A stretch of DNA of 64,000 bases from Bacillaceae bacterium (GCA_017656255.1 JACDOE010000001.1:497205-561204), one strand, 5' to 3'; positions 1 through 10,003 are shown, counted from the stretch's first letter. The notes: generated from the sequence alone by a model not told the origin. Numbers and translations: made by a program.

Positions 1-30
1 TCAAATAAAATAGACGGATACCCGATCCGG

Positions 31-1032
31 TTATGTCAGATATTTCTCTAGACATTTTGCTTTTTTTCTTTCCTGTTTAATAATGTGTTTCATTCGTTTC
101 ATGTCGGCTTTTAAATATTTCTTTTTTCGCAACATGTGTTCGATAATATGCGGAAAATAGAGATCAATGTATATGATGTGTTTCATATTGAGTGTGAGCG
201 GATGTTTCTTTTCATAGGTTCGAATCACATTGTTAAACAGTTTTTGTGAAAATGGGTTCGTTCGGGTATACATACTGAGAATACGCTGTATATCCCTGGA
301 AGGAAGATCATACCGAACATCTTCAAAGTCAAACAGAACATTCTTTTTGTTGTGCCTCATCACGTTGTTCTGATGATAGTCTCCATGGACCAGTGTCTGT
401 TCGTTGAATGGCTGTGACACGATATCGTCATAATCACTCTTGAGCAGATACTGATAAGCTTTTTCAGCAACCTTTATAAAATAGGAAAGGTGTTGCAAAA
501 TGTACTGTTTTTTCGGGTCTGTTGTTTGTTCGTAGTAATGCCGCCAGTTTTGCATATTGTGAATCCGCTGCCTGTATTCCTGCTTCCAGTCAAGGTGTGA
601 ATAAAGTGTTACATCGTCGGGATATTTCAATCCTTTTGATTTCTTGTGAAAACGGGCAACGGTTTTAATCATATTTAACAGATGTTTTTCTTTTTTTAAC
701 GGATGGCTGTTTCCGCTAGTCCAGTTATACAGCACGTAGGGAGATCCATCGTGAAAAAAATACAATCTACCGTCCTGTGTAGGTACAGGTTTTGCCAGTT
801 CAACTCCTTTCTGCTGCAGCAGTTTTTCGGTATATACGATAAATTTTTGCCTTTTTTCTGTAAGATAAAGTGTCTTTAAAGCAAACTTTTGCCCGTCTGA
901 AGTTTTGATACGGGCGACAAAGCTTGAGCCGGAGTTATCCTTTATGACGTTTGCACGTTTCACTTGAAATCCATAATGGTTTTCCAGCGTATGCCGCAGT
1001 TGTTTCATTACCATCACATCCTTGCCCCTCAC
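31..1032 (-). CDS. CotS-family spore coat protein (kinase-like, aminoglycoside phosphotransferase fold)
   Basis: 333-aa ORF with HGDYHQNN-type catalytic-loop motif and DFE motif typical of the CotS/YutH family. Divergent from glycosyltransferase genes, as in the B. subtilis cotSA-cotS context. Likely true start a few codons inside (MVMKQL). Confidence 0.65.
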   Translation of the reverse strand: MRGKDVMVMKQLRHTLENHYGFQVKRANVIKDNSGSSFVARIKTSDGQKFALKTLYLTEKRQKFIVYTEKLLQQKGVELAKPVPTQDGRLYFFHDGSPYVLYNWTSGNSHPLKKEKHLLNMIKTVARFHKKSKGLKYPDDVTLYSHLDWKQEYRQRIHNMQNWRHYYEQTTDPKKQYILQHLSYFIKVAEKAYQYLLKSDYDDIVSQPFNEQTLVHGDYHQNNVMRHNKKNVLFDFEDVRYDLPSRDIQRILSMYTRTNPFSQKLFNNVIRTYEKKHPLTLNMKHIIYIDLYFPHIIEHMLRKKKYLKADMKRMKHIIKQERKKAKCLEKYLT

Positions 1033-1193
1033 CAGTTTGCGATATTTTATGTAAACCGATGTTATTTTGCATGTGCATTTAACCTGAATTCCGAATATGA
1101 CGGCTTCCTAATTTATTACGGGTGGATGAGTGTCCAATCAAAGACCTCCTCTTGTTCATACCCTGACATTACAAGGAAAGGGGAGGGACAGTC

Positions 1194-3188
1194 ATGAAGA
1201 ACATAGGGGTTATTTGCTCAATCAATGATGCAATGGATTATGATCGTTTACATGAAGCATTGAAGAAGTTTCAAACGTATTCCCCTTATGTTTTTTTCAG
1301 GGATAAAAATAATAAGGACAGCGCCCCGTTTATTTTTGAAACCATTAAGGATCCCCGATTGAAAGAACTGGACAGATGGATCCGGCACGACAGAATTGAC
1401 CTCATATATGCTACCTCAGCCAGACTGGGTGTTAAAGCCCTGGCCGTCAAACACAAATGGCAGATACCGATGATTGTGCATATTCAGGATCGGGACTATT
1501 CCGGGAACTGGAAATTGAAAAGAAAACAATGGCGTCGATTGTTTCGTGTCGCAGATCACATGGTGGTTCCCAGTCGTTACCTGGAAAAAAAACTGAGAAA
1601 ACGGGGTTATTCCCGCAAGAAAATCACGGTTCTTCATCAGGGCGTAGACGTCAATGCTATTCCATTTAAAGAAAGAAGGTACCAGGAAGATGAACCGGTG
1701 CGGATCGTATTTGCCGGTGAATGGGAGCCGAAGAACGGTATTGAGTATCTATTAAAAGCGTTCTGTCAACTGCACCAAAAAAAACCCAACACACACCTGC
1801 ATCTGGTGGGGAAGGGATCACTCAAACGAAAAATTGATAAATTTGTACGAAAAAAGCAGCTTGAACACGCTGTCAAACTTTCTCCGACATCCTCGTCTCA
1901 TAAATCGATACGTGTATATGAGCAGGCACACATTTTTTGTCTGCCGGGGATCAAGGATAAAAAGGGGAATATAGACGCCATTCCGGTTACCCTTAAAGAA
2001 GCAATGGCCGCAGGTCTCCCGGTCGTGACCACCGACCATGCCGGTATCCCCGAACTGGTTACAGATGACATTCACGGCTATCTGGTCCCTCCAAAAGACA
2101 GTGGTTCTCTGGCGAAGACTCTGGAAAAAATGATTGATTCTCATGCATTATGGCCGGAAATGGGGAAAAAGGCGCGTGACAGAATCCGAAAATATTTTAA
2201 TCTTGACAGGCAAATGGAAAAACAGGAGAAGATCATGGATCAGGTTGTGCAAAGAACAGCCCGATATGTCAAAAAGCCCCCGTTTTTCAGTGTGATCATC
2301 CCCACTTATAACCGAAAAAAGCATGTCAAAAAGGCTGTTAAGAGTGTTTTGAAACAAAAGAAGTATGATGATTATGAAATCATCGTCGTCGATGACGGGT
2401 CCAAGGATGGAACGCGCAGGCGAATAGAAAAATTCGGTCCCAGAGTCCGTTACATTTATCAGAGAAACAAAGGACCTTCAAAAGCGAGGAATACCGGCAT
2501 TAAGTATGCCAGGGGCGAGTACATCGCGTTTCTCGACTCCGATGACCAGTTTGTACCTGAGAAATTGAGAAAAAATAAAAAGTATCTGGAGAAGCATCCG
2601 GATTGTATGTTTTTATACAGCTGGTATTACGACAAACGTAAAGGGAAACGAAAGAAAGTAAAAAAGCCCAAAAAATGCAAAAAGTTGAATGAATTTCGTT
2701 ACCGCTTGTATCGAAGAGAATTCACGATTCGTACATCGACCGTTGTTGTCCACCGTCGTTGTTTTGATGAAGTAGGGAAATTCAATACGAAATACCGCTA
2801 TTCCCAGGACTGGGATATGTGGCTCAGGCTGGCAACCCTATATCTCGGGCATTGCCAGAAAAAACCACTGGCTATATACCGTCGGAGGGATCGTAAGAAA
2901 AACGAAAAAAAAGTACATCAATATCATAAAGAAATTCGTCGAAGGGCTCGTAAGTTATACAAATGGAGCAACAAAAAAATCAACAAACTGGAAAAGAAGT
3001 ATAAATCAAAAGCAAAAAAGAAGAAACAGCGACAAAAGAAGAGTAAGAAAAAACAAAAACGCAAACAGCGTCGCAGAAAAAAGACAAATAAAAAAGTACG
3101 AAAATCTAAACGAAAAAAGCTGGTTAAGCAACGAGAAACCGGGAAAAGGAAGACAAATTCATCGAGGAGGAAGAAAAATGGGGGATAA
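1194..3188 (+). CDS. Bifunctional glycosyltransferase (N-terminal GT4 group-1 domain, C-terminal GT2 domain) with ~110-aa Lys/Arg-rich C-terminal tail
   Basis: N-terminal half has the EAMAAGLPVVTTDHAGIPELV GT4 signature. C-terminal half has FSVIIPTYNRK...IIVVDDGSKDGT and a DSDD motif (GT2). Tail is KKKKQRQKKSKKKQKRKQRRRKK-like. RBS GGAAAGGGGAGGG lies 6 nt upstream of the ATG. Confidence 0.8.
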   Translation: MKNIGVICSINDAMDYDRLHEALKKFQTYSPYVFFRDKNNKDSAPFIFETIKDPRLKELDRWIRHDRIDLIYATSARLGVKALAVKHKWQIPMIVHIQDRDYSGNWKLKRKQWRRLFRVADHMVVPSRYLEKKLRKRGYSRKKITVLHQGVDVNAIPFKERRYQEDEPVRIVFAGEWEPKNGIEYLLKAFCQLHQKKPNTHLHLVGKGSLKRKIDKFVRKKQLEHAVKLSPTSSSHKSIRVYEQAHIFCLPGIKDKKGNIDAIPVTLKEAMAAGLPVVTTDHAGIPELVTDDIHGYLVPPKDSGSLAKTLEKMIDSHALWPEMGKKARDRIRKYFNLDRQMEKQEKIMDQVVQRTARYVKKPPFFSVIIPTYNRKKHVKKAVKSVLKQKKYDDYEIIVVDDGSKDGTRRRIEKFGPRVRYIYQRNKGPSKARNTGIKYARGEYIAFLDSDDQFVPEKLRKNKKYLEKHPDCMFLYSWYYDKRKGKRKKVKKPKKCKKLNEFRYRLYRREFTIRTSTVVVHRRCFDEVGKFNTKYRYSQDWDMWLRLATLYLGHCQKKPLAIYRRRDRKKNEKKVHQYHKEIRRRARKLYKWSNKKINKLEKKYKSKAKKKKQRQKKSKKKQKRKQRRRKKTNKKVRKSKRKKLVKQRETGKRKTNSSRRKKNGG

Positions 3189-4248
3189 AAAACCTGCCAT
3201 TCTTCATATTAAATATTCACTTGATGATGGGCATGTCACCCCGCAAATTGTTAAAGTGAAAGGGTACCGTGGTATTATCATCAAAAACAAGTTTAATAGA
3301 GAATCCGCTTTTAAACACGTGACCACGGTCAAGAAGATCAAGAAGAACCCAAAAAAATTTATTAAAAAGAACAGAATAAAAGCACTCCATGTCCATCACG
3401 GTACGCTTGCCAGAAAGGTTATGTTTCTAAAAAAAGAGTACGGCCTTCCTCTGATTGTCAGTTTCCGGGGAAAAGACGCCACCGCTTATCCGAAGGATAA
3501 GAAAAACCTGCGTTTTCTGAAGAAAGTATTTAAAAAAGGGGATCTGTTTCTACCCGTCTGTCAGCATCTGAAAGAACGTCTGATTGAGCTTGGATGTCCT
3601 GAGAAAAAGATTAAGGTCCTTTACGGAGGCGTGGATATTAATCGGTTTGAATACCTCCCGCACCGTTTTTCACCGGATGAAAAAATACATTTTTTAGGTG
3701 TTGGCCGATTTGTTTCCAAGAAAGGGTTTGAAGATTTAATTCAGGCTTATGCCCGGATAAAAGAAAAGTATCCCCGCATTAAATTAACTTTGATCGGTGA
3801 AGGCGAACTGGCAGATTTGTATCGAAAATTAATTAAAAAGCATCAACTCGGGGGCGTCAAATTGAAATCCTGGGTGGATTACCGGAAGATTCAGCAATAT
3901 TACTATAAAGCACACGTTTTTTGCGCGCCCAGTTATACAGATAAACAGGGGAATCAGGAGGGTATTCCGAACACCTTAAAAGAGGCGATGGCGACAGGAA
4001 TGCCGGTCATTTCAACGTATCACTCCGGTATTCCGGAGCTGGTTGAGGATGGAAAATCAGGGCTGCTGGTACCGGAGCGTTCCGTTGAAGAACTTGCCCG
4101 GGCCATGGAATGGATCATTCTCAACCCGGACAAGTGGGAAGAATTCGGTCGTCACGGGCGTAAAAAAATTGAGACGGATTTCAACCAGAACAAACAACTT
4201 CAATTACAGAAAGACTATTACGATGAGTTGTTATCGAACAAGAAATAA
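3178..4248 (+). CDS. Glycosyltransferase family 4 (group 1)
   Basis: EAMATGMPVISTYHSGIPELVEDGKSGLLV motif. Start overlaps the stop of the upstream GT gene (translational coupling). Confidence 0.8.
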   Translation: MGDKKPAILHIKYSLDDGHVTPQIVKVKGYRGIIIKNKFNRESAFKHVTTVKKIKKNPKKFIKKNRIKALHVHHGTLARKVMFLKKEYGLPLIVSFRGKDATAYPKDKKNLRFLKKVFKKGDLFLPVCQHLKERLIELGCPEKKIKVLYGGVDINRFEYLPHRFSPDEKIHFLGVGRFVSKKGFEDLIQAYARIKEKYPRIKLTLIGEGELADLYRKLIKKHQLGGVKLKSWVDYRKIQQYYYKAHVFCAPSYTDKQGNQEGIPNTLKEAMATGMPVISTYHSGIPELVEDGKSGLLVPERSVEELARAMEWIILNPDKWEEFGRHGRKKIETDFNQNKQLQLQKDYYDELLSNKK

Positions 4249-5519
4249 ACATCAACTTTATCCGGGAATTCAACGTCTGGTAAAGTCTGTTCCGATTCGA
4301 CCGTATTCAGATAGAGACATCCTTTTTTACAGAGATGTTGAGAGGTTAGGACAGTTTGTTCTCCTTGATCCAGATGACACAAGTCGGTTATAACATAGTC
4401 TTCGTTGTTTGGACTGAGCATCAGTTTAACCTCAAGCCTCAGTTCCGATCGATTAAAGATATAGACAGAGACTTTGCGGCTGGATTCAAGTTCCTTTTCA
4501 ATTTTGACAGGCACGTCTTTTACATTTAAAACGTGATGTTGCTGGTTATATATCGCCGGTGAATCGACAGGGATTGAATCATGTTCAAATCTGTTTTGAC
4601 CCGTGTCTGTTACCGGTGATTCTTTGTGTTCGGAAATCAGCTCCGTTTGACCGGACTCCTCAATTTTGATATCTTCTGCCACTCTATCATTGATATTGTT
4701 TTGCTCAGTTGATTCCGCCTGCCGGTTTTCCGTTTCAGACGTGTCCGTTCCCGAATCGTCCTGATTATCGGGAACATCAAAGTAACGCTCCATATCTGTG
4801 TCATCATCATTTTGTTGATCCTGATCATTCGATTGGGGAGCAGAAGATTCGCCCAGATCATCGAACAAACCGTCCAGGCCGGCGTCATCGTCATGTTGTT
4901 GATCCTGATCGTTCGATTGGGGAGCAGAAGATTCGCCCAGATCATCGAACAAACCGTCCAGGCCGGCGTCATCGTCATGTTGTTGATCCTGATCGTTCGA
5001 TTGGGGAGCAGATGATTCACCCAGATCATCGAACAAATCATCCAGGTCAGTGTCATCGTCATGTTGTTGATCCTGATTGTTCGATTGCGGCTCTGATGGT
5101 TCCTCCAGGCCTTCAAAAATGTCATCAAGATCTGTATCGTGATCGGGTTGAATGGAATTGTCAGAACCATGGATACCCGTTGCGTGACCGGCTTTATCAT
5201 CAGATGCAGGTTCACGATTTTTTAGCAGGCTGTCCCAATCATGATGATGGTCTGCTTGATGAACATTTTCCCCGGGAAAATATACTTCAGGAAGACCGCG
5301 ATCAAGATCTGAAAACAAATCCCTGCCAGTTAAAACATTTCTATGACGCTGTTTTTTTCGCAGTGTTTTTTTCTTTTTCAGGGAATTCTTCCTCCTTTTT
5401 TCTTTTTTGCCGAACGGAAAAGTAAGATAGACAGATGTATAAACATTAACGGTCTGGTTGTTCTGATTTGAAGAGCGTAAGAAAGTGGACGATTTTGAAC
5501 ACCCGCGCCTCGGTTTCAT
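4218..5519 (-). CDS. Acidic tandem-repeat protein (basic N-terminus, four 28-aa D/Q/E-rich repeats); possible spore coat/crust component
   Basis: The ORF track extends to 5846, but that N-terminal extension overlaps the moaB-like gene. Internal ATG at 5519 is preceded by GAGGTGGTG and is the likely start (~433 aa). Four copies of xGLDxLFDDLGESSAPQSNDQDQQHDDD. No recognisable catalytic domain. Confidence 0.55.
   Translation of the reverse strand: MKPRRGCSKSSTFLRSSNQNNQTVNVYTSVYLTFPFGKKEKRRKNSLKKKKTLRKKQRHRNVLTGRDLFSDLDRGLPEVYFPGENVHQADHHHDWDSLLKNREPASDDKAGHATGIHGSDNSIQPDHDTDLDDIFEGLEEPSEPQSNNQDQQHDDDTDLDDLFDDLGESSAPQSNDQDQQHDDDAGLDGLFDDLGESSAPQSNDQDQQHDDDAGLDGLFDDLGESSAPQSNDQDQQNDDDTDMERYFDVPDNQDDSGTDTSETENRQAESTEQNNINDRVAEDIKIEESGQTELISEHKESPVTDTGQNRFEHDSIPVDSPAIYNQQHHVLNVKDVPVKIEKELESSRKVSVYIFNRSELRLEVKLMLSPNNEDYVITDLCHLDQGEQTVLTSQHLCKKGCLYLNTVESEQTLPDVEFPDKVDVYFLFDNNSS
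4801..5136. repeat. Four tandem copies of an 84-bp coding repeat inside the acidic protein gene
   Basis: Near-identical 84-85-nt units are visible directly in the nucleotide sequence (e.g. gtcatcgtcatgttgttgatcctgatcgttcgattggggagcagaagattcgcccagatcatcgaacaaaccgtccaggccggc repeated). They also generate spurious overlapping ORFs on both strands. Confidence 0.85.
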
Positions 5520-5691
5520 GGACACCACCTCATCAACTTGAGTAATCATAATTATATATATGGGGAAAAATCCGTGATGGGAATGTGCCCGGACGATTCT
5601 TTTTTTAAAAAAATGCCTGGAAACGTGATGAATTGACGGTGACATGGTAAAGTAGAAAATAAAGAAAAAACGGATGGGAAGGAGATATAAG

Positions 5692-6207
5692 ATGAGTGTA
5701 GAGGAACACAAAAAATACGCACCGAACCGTGTAAAATGTATGGTAATCACGGTCAGTGACACCAGGGATGAATCAACGGATAAAAGTGGGAAACTCATGA
5801 TCCGATTGCTGGAAGAACACGGGCATATGGTGACAAAGTATGACATTATCCGGGATGAATATGATGTGATTCAGCAGAAATTGAAAGAAGTTAAAGAAGA
5901 CCCCGATGTTCAAGCGATTCTGTTAAATGGCGGAACCGGCATTACGGCCCGGGACGTTACGTATGAAGCCGTTGAATCGCTGCTGGATAAAACTCTACCG
6001 GGATTCGGAGAAATTTTTCGTATGCTCAGTTATACGGAAGACATCGGATCAGCTGCCATTCTAAGCCGAGCGATTGCCGGCGTATATGGTAAAAAAGCCG
6101 TTTTTTCGACACCGGGAAGCAGTGGTGCAGTCAAACTGGCTATGAATAAACTCATTATTCCTGAACTGGGGCATATTATCAGGGAATTAAATCGACAGCA
6201 TACATAA
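5692..6207 (+). CDS. moaB: Molybdenum cofactor biosynthesis protein B (MoaB/MogA family)
   Basis: VITVSDTRDESTDKSG...LLNGGTGITARDVT...VFSTPGSSGA motifs of MogA/MoaB. RBS GGAAGGAG upstream of the ATG at 5692. The track's upstream ATG at 5674 lacks an RBS. Confidence 0.8.
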   Translation: MSVEEHKKYAPNRVKCMVITVSDTRDESTDKSGKLMIRLLEEHGHMVTKYDIIRDEYDVIQQKLKEVKEDPDVQAILLNGGTGITARDVTYEAVESLLDKTLPGFGEIFRMLSYTEDIGSAAILSRAIAGVYGKKAVFSTPGSSGAVKLAMNKLIIPELGHIIRELNRQHT

Positions 6208-6239
6208 CCTGGTGGGAGAGAGGAGAGAGGAGAGAGACG

Positions 6240-7082
6240 ATGGAACATATGAAGCTTGGCGAAATGGATATTTACTGGTTAAGCGGTGGGGAGATTCATC
6301 TGGATGGTGGTGCCATGTTCGGGGTTGTTCCCCGTGTTCTGTGGAGCAAAAAATACCCGGTCAACGATCAGAATCAGGTCCTGCTTCGTACAGATCCCAT
6401 CCTGATTCAGACTGCCGGGAAGAATATATTAATCGAATCAGGGATGGGGAACGATAAATTGTCGGACAAGCAGTTGAACATATTCGGCGTAACCGAACAG
6501 TCCGAAGTAGAAAAGGATCTAAATAAGCTGGGTCTATGTAAGAAAGACATTGATATGGTTCTGATGACTCATTTACATTTTGATCATGCCTGTGGACTGA
6601 CCAGGTGGGAAGGGGACAGGCTGGTCCCTGCTTTTCCTGATGCCGTACATGTCGTGAATCACATCGAATGGGAGGAAATGAAATCTCCCAATATCCGTTC
6701 CAGAAGTACTTACTGGGAAGAAAACTGGAAACCGATCACGGATCTTGTTCGTACTTATGATAAAGCGTATCGAGTGATAGATGGCATCGAACTGATTCAC
6801 ACAGGTGGTCACTCCAGGGGGCATGCGATCATCCGACTCGAATCGAAGGGGGAAAAGGCCTATCATCTGGCAGACATTCTTCCGACTCACGCCCATCAGA
6901 ACCCGCTCTGGGTGATGGCTTATGATGATTATCCCATGAATTCCATCTACGCCAAGCAAAAATGGATTCAACAGGCTGTGGAGGAAGATGCCTGGTTGTT
7001 ATTCTATCATGATCCTTATGTAAGAGCGTTAAAATGGGATCAGAAAGGAAATATCGTGGAACAACTGAAACGGACCGATTAA
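6240..7082 (+). CDS. MBL-fold metallo-hydrolase
   Basis: HLHFDHACG metal-binding motif. RBS GAGAGGAGAGAG precedes the ATG. Confidence 0.75.
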   Translation: MEHMKLGEMDIYWLSGGEIHLDGGAMFGVVPRVLWSKKYPVNDQNQVLLRTDPILIQTAGKNILIESGMGNDKLSDKQLNIFGVTEQSEVEKDLNKLGLCKKDIDMVLMTHLHFDHACGLTRWEGDRLVPAFPDAVHVVNHIEWEEMKSPNIRSRSTYWEENWKPITDLVRTYDKAYRVIDGIELIHTGGHSRGHAIIRLESKGEKAYHLADILPTHAHQNPLWVMAYDDYPMNSIYAKQKWIQQAVEEDAWLLFYHDPYVRALKWDQKGNIVEQLKRTD

Positions 7083-7091
7083 AGACAATAA

Positions 7092-7122
7092 ATCTCCCGA
7101 CCCAAAACCGGGAGATTTTTTA
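7092..7122. terminator. Bidirectional intrinsic terminator between convergent genes
   Basis: atctcccg-acccaaaa-cgggagat hairpin flanked by an A-run and a T-run. Confidence 0.7.
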
Positions 7123-7151
7123 TGATCAGTGGCTTGTTCAGCAGTTCGGAG

Positions 7152-8045
7152 TTAGGATATCCATTTTCTCAAACTGTTGAATTCCAGTTCCTCAAATTTT
7201 CCGAGTACCCGTTCATGGGTAAATTGAAAGAGACAGGAGTCAATATCACACGCGACATCAACATCTTTACGGATCTCGGCCAGCCGGCGCGAAGTCAGGA
7301 TCAGGTCTTTATTTTCCAGGAGTTTTGATTTCAAATTGCCTTTTACCCGATCAATCTCTTCAAACAGACGGTCAATATTTCCAAATTCGTTGAGTAGTCT
7401 CAGGGCTGTTTTGGGCCCGACACCCGGACAACCGGGAATATGATCGGAGGGGTCTCCCATCAACCCTTTATAATCAATGATTTGCGAAGGATGCTTCAGT
7501 CCGGTTATATCCGTAAAGTTATCAAGATGAATCAGTTCATAATTGGAAAATCCTTTTTTCATCATGATGACAGAGGTGTGTGCATCGATAAGTTGAAAAG
7601 TGTCCCGGTCACCGGTCAGAAGCAGGATGTCCAGGTCTTCACTGCCGAATCGGGATGCCAGTGTTCCCATGATATCATCCGCTTCGTAACCTTTGACACC
7701 GAAGATGGGAATATCAAATGATTTGACCAGTTCTTTAACCAGGTCAAACTGGGGAACCAGTTCCTCCGGTGGATCACTCCGATTCGCCTTATAATCGGGA
7801 TAGATTTCGTTACGAAAGGTATATTTCCCCATATCAAAGGCACAGGCTACATAAGTAGGATCAAACTTTCTGATTGCATCCAGCATATATTTTGTAAATT
7901 GATAGACGGCATTGGTATAGATGCCGGAACGTGTCTGCATCAGATTTCCATGAACCGCCGTGGCATAGAACCCCCGAAACAAAAGGGCCATACTGTCGAT
8001 AATCAATAGTCGGTTAAGGGAAGCCAGTGGTCGTTCGTTATTCAT
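7152..8045 (-). CDS. 5'-3' exonuclease (Pol I N-terminal domain family, YpcP/ExoR-like)
   Basis: LLIIDSMALLFRGFYA...GYEADDIMGTLA...HIPGCPGVGPKTA motifs (PIN-like 5'-nuclease plus H3TH). Confidence 0.8.
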   Translation of the reverse strand: MNNERPLASLNRLLIIDSMALLFRGFYATAVHGNLMQTRSGIYTNAVYQFTKYMLDAIRKFDPTYVACAFDMGKYTFRNEIYPDYKANRSDPPEELVPQFDLVKELVKSFDIPIFGVKGYEADDIMGTLASRFGSEDLDILLLTGDRDTFQLIDAHTSVIMMKKGFSNYELIHLDNFTDITGLKHPSQIIDYKGLMGDPSDHIPGCPGVGPKTALRLLNEFGNIDRLFEEIDRVKGNLKSKLLENKDLILTSRRLAEIRKDVDVACDIDSCLFQFTHERVLGKFEELEFNSLRKWIS

Positions 8046-8191
8046 TCAGTCCGATTCTCCTTTTTTAATTCTTCACCCATTGTACAATGAAGATCACAAA
8101 AACTCAAAAACAAAACGGGGAACGGCTGGCGAGACACAGGTTGAAAATGGTAAGATGTTCATACACGAACAGTACTTGGAGGGATGTAGCA

Positions 8192-10003
8192 GTGGAAGAG
8201 AATCAGCAAAAATTACCGGAGAGACAGGACATTTCTGAACAATATAAATGGAAACTGGAAGATCTTTATGCCAGTGATGACGAATGGGAAAAGGAATTTA
8301 AGCAGATTCAGCAATTAATTCCGCAAATTGAAGCTTATCAGGGGAAGCTGGCACAATCTGACGATCAACTGCTGACTTGCCTGAAATTACAGGATGATAT
8401 CTCCAAACTGATGGAGAGAGTCTTTGTTTATGCGAGAATGAGACGGGATGAGGATAACCGAAGGGGTGTTTATCAGGGCCTGACTGACAAGGCTGGTTCT
8501 TTAAGCACTGAAGTCAATCGCGCCACTTCATTTATTGTCCCTGAGATTCTTGCCATTCCGGAAGAAAAATTGAAAACATTTATCGATCAGAATAAAGATC
8601 TGCACGTGTACCGGCATTATATTGATGAAATTCTCAGAATGAAAGATCATATACTTCCACCGGAACAGGAACAGTTGCTGGCCCAGGTAGGAGAAGTGTC
8701 CCGTGCACCACAGACGATATATACCATGATTAACAATGCCGACATGACTTTTCCTGCGATTCAGGATGAAAACGGAAATGAAGTGGAAGTGACCCACGGG
8801 CGATATATCCAGTTGATGGAGAGTAAAAGCCGCCGTGTAAGAAAAGCGGCATTCGAAGCCCTGTACAGCAGTTATGAAAAACAGGTGAATACGATTGCTT
8901 CAACCCTGAACAGCAGCATCAAGAAAGATGTTTTCTACGCCCGTGTCCGCAAATATCCGTCAGCTCTGGAGGCATCTCTGGATGAGGACAATGTGCCAAT
9001 TGACGTCTATCATAACCTGATCAAGACGGTTCATGACAATCTTGACAGCATGTATGAATATGTGTCGCTCAGAAAGCAGATTCTGGGGCTGGATGAATTG
9101 CATATGTACGATTTGTACACGCCTCTTGTTTCCGATGTCGACATAAAATATCCGTATGAAGAAGCGAAGAATCTGGTCCTGAACGGCCTTAAGCCACTGG
9201 GAGAGGATTACCAGAATGTGCTTCAGGAAAGTTTTCAGAACGGATGGATTGATGTATTTGAAACGAAAGGGAAGACAAGTGGCGCCTATTCATGGGGAGC
9301 CTACGGCACCCATCCATATGTTTTGATGAATTATCAACCCAATATCGATAATGTGTTTACACTGGCTCACGAACTGGGGCATGCGCTTCATTCCTATTAT
9401 TCCGATAAGCACCAGCCCTATATTTACGCCCAGTATACCATATTTGTGGCCGAAGTAGCCTCGACGGTAAACGAATCTCTGTTAATGGCGCATCTATTGA
9501 AAAATATGACAGATAAAAAGAAACGGATGTATCTGCTTAATCATTATCTGGAACAGTTCCGGGGCACGGTATATCGGCAGACCATGTTCGCCGAATTTGA
9601 AAAAATGACGCATGAAAAAGTGGAGGCGGGTGAGGCGTTGACCCCTGATCTGTTAAAAGAGATGTATCGGGACCTGAATATCAAATATTATGGTCCGGAA
9701 ATGGTGATCGACAGTCAGATCGACGTGGAGTGGGCCAGAATTCCCCATTTCTATACGCCATTTTATGTGTACAAATATGCCACCGGATTCTCTGCCGCCA
9801 CAGCTCTGTCCAGAAAAATTCTTGAAGAAGGGGAAGAAGCGGTTAACCGGTATCTCACTTTCTTAAAAAGCGGAAGTTCGGATTATCCCATTGAATTATT
9901 GAAAACAGCCGGCGTGGATATGTCTTCACCTGAGCCGGTTCAGCAGGCCCTTGATGTATTCAGGGAAATGGTCGGAGAATTAAAGGCTTTGATTCAAGAA
10001 TAA
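8192..10003 (+). CDS. pepF: Oligoendopeptidase F (M3B family)
   Basis: HELGHALHSY zinc motif and an M3B-like length. GTG at 8192 has a GGAGGGA RBS 7 nt upstream. The ORF-track ATG at 8087 has no RBS and adds a non-homologous 35-aa extension. Confidence 0.8.
   Translation: MEENQQKLPERQDISEQYKWKLEDLYASDDEWEKEFKQIQQLIPQIEAYQGKLAQSDDQLLTCLKLQDDISKLMERVFVYARMRRDEDNRRGVYQGLTDKAGSLSTEVNRATSFIVPEILAIPEEKLKTFIDQNKDLHVYRHYIDEILRMKDHILPPEQEQLLAQVGEVSRAPQTIYTMINNADMTFPAIQDENGNEVEVTHGRYIQLMESKSRRVRKAAFEALYSSYEKQVNTIASTLNSSIKKDVFYARVRKYPSALEASLDEDNVPIDVYHNLIKTVHDNLDSMYEYVSLRKQILGLDELHMYDLYTPLVSDVDIKYPYEEAKNLVLNGLKPLGEDYQNVLQESFQNGWIDVFETKGKTSGAYSWGAYGTHPYVLMNYQPNIDNVFTLAHELGHALHSYYSDKHQPYIYAQYTIFVAEVASTVNESLLMAHLLKNMTDKKKRMYLLNHYLEQFRGTVYRQTMFAEFEKMTHEKVEAGEALTPDLLKEMYRDLNIKYYGPEMVIDSQIDVEWARIPHFYTPFYVYKYATGFSAATALSRKILEEGEEAVNRYLTFLKSGSSDYPIELLKTAGVDMSSPEPVQQALDVFREMVGELKALIQE

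Noticed and set aside
1100-1193. Sigma-K-like CATACCCTG -10 element upstream of the fusion glycosyltransferase
   Set aside because: One mismatch to CATA-N3-TA and no clear -35. Too weak to call from sequence alone.
964-1197. 77-aa ORF in the divergent promoter region between the CotS-like and glycosyltransferase genes
   Set aside because: No RBS and low-complexity translation. Overlaps the CotS-like start. Region is more plausibly promoter DNA.
4637-5425. Three overlapping ORFs (4637-5215 minus, 4709-5425 plus, 4812-5015 plus) with repetitive translations
   Set aside because: They lie entirely inside the 84-bp tandem-repeat region of the acidic protein gene. Alternative-frame artefacts of the repeats.
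4218-5846. 542-aa ORF-track entry on the minus strand extending over the moaB-like gene
   Set aside because: The first 109 codons overlap the well-supported moaB-like gene on the opposite strand and have no RBS. The internal ATG at 5519 has a GAGGTGGTG RBS, so the gene was shortened to 4218..5519.
8087-8191. N-terminal 35-aa extension of PepF proposed by the ORF track
   Set aside because: No RBS at the ATG at 8087, and the extension is not PepF-like. The GTG at 8192 has a GGAGGGA RBS and gives a canonical PepF N-terminus.
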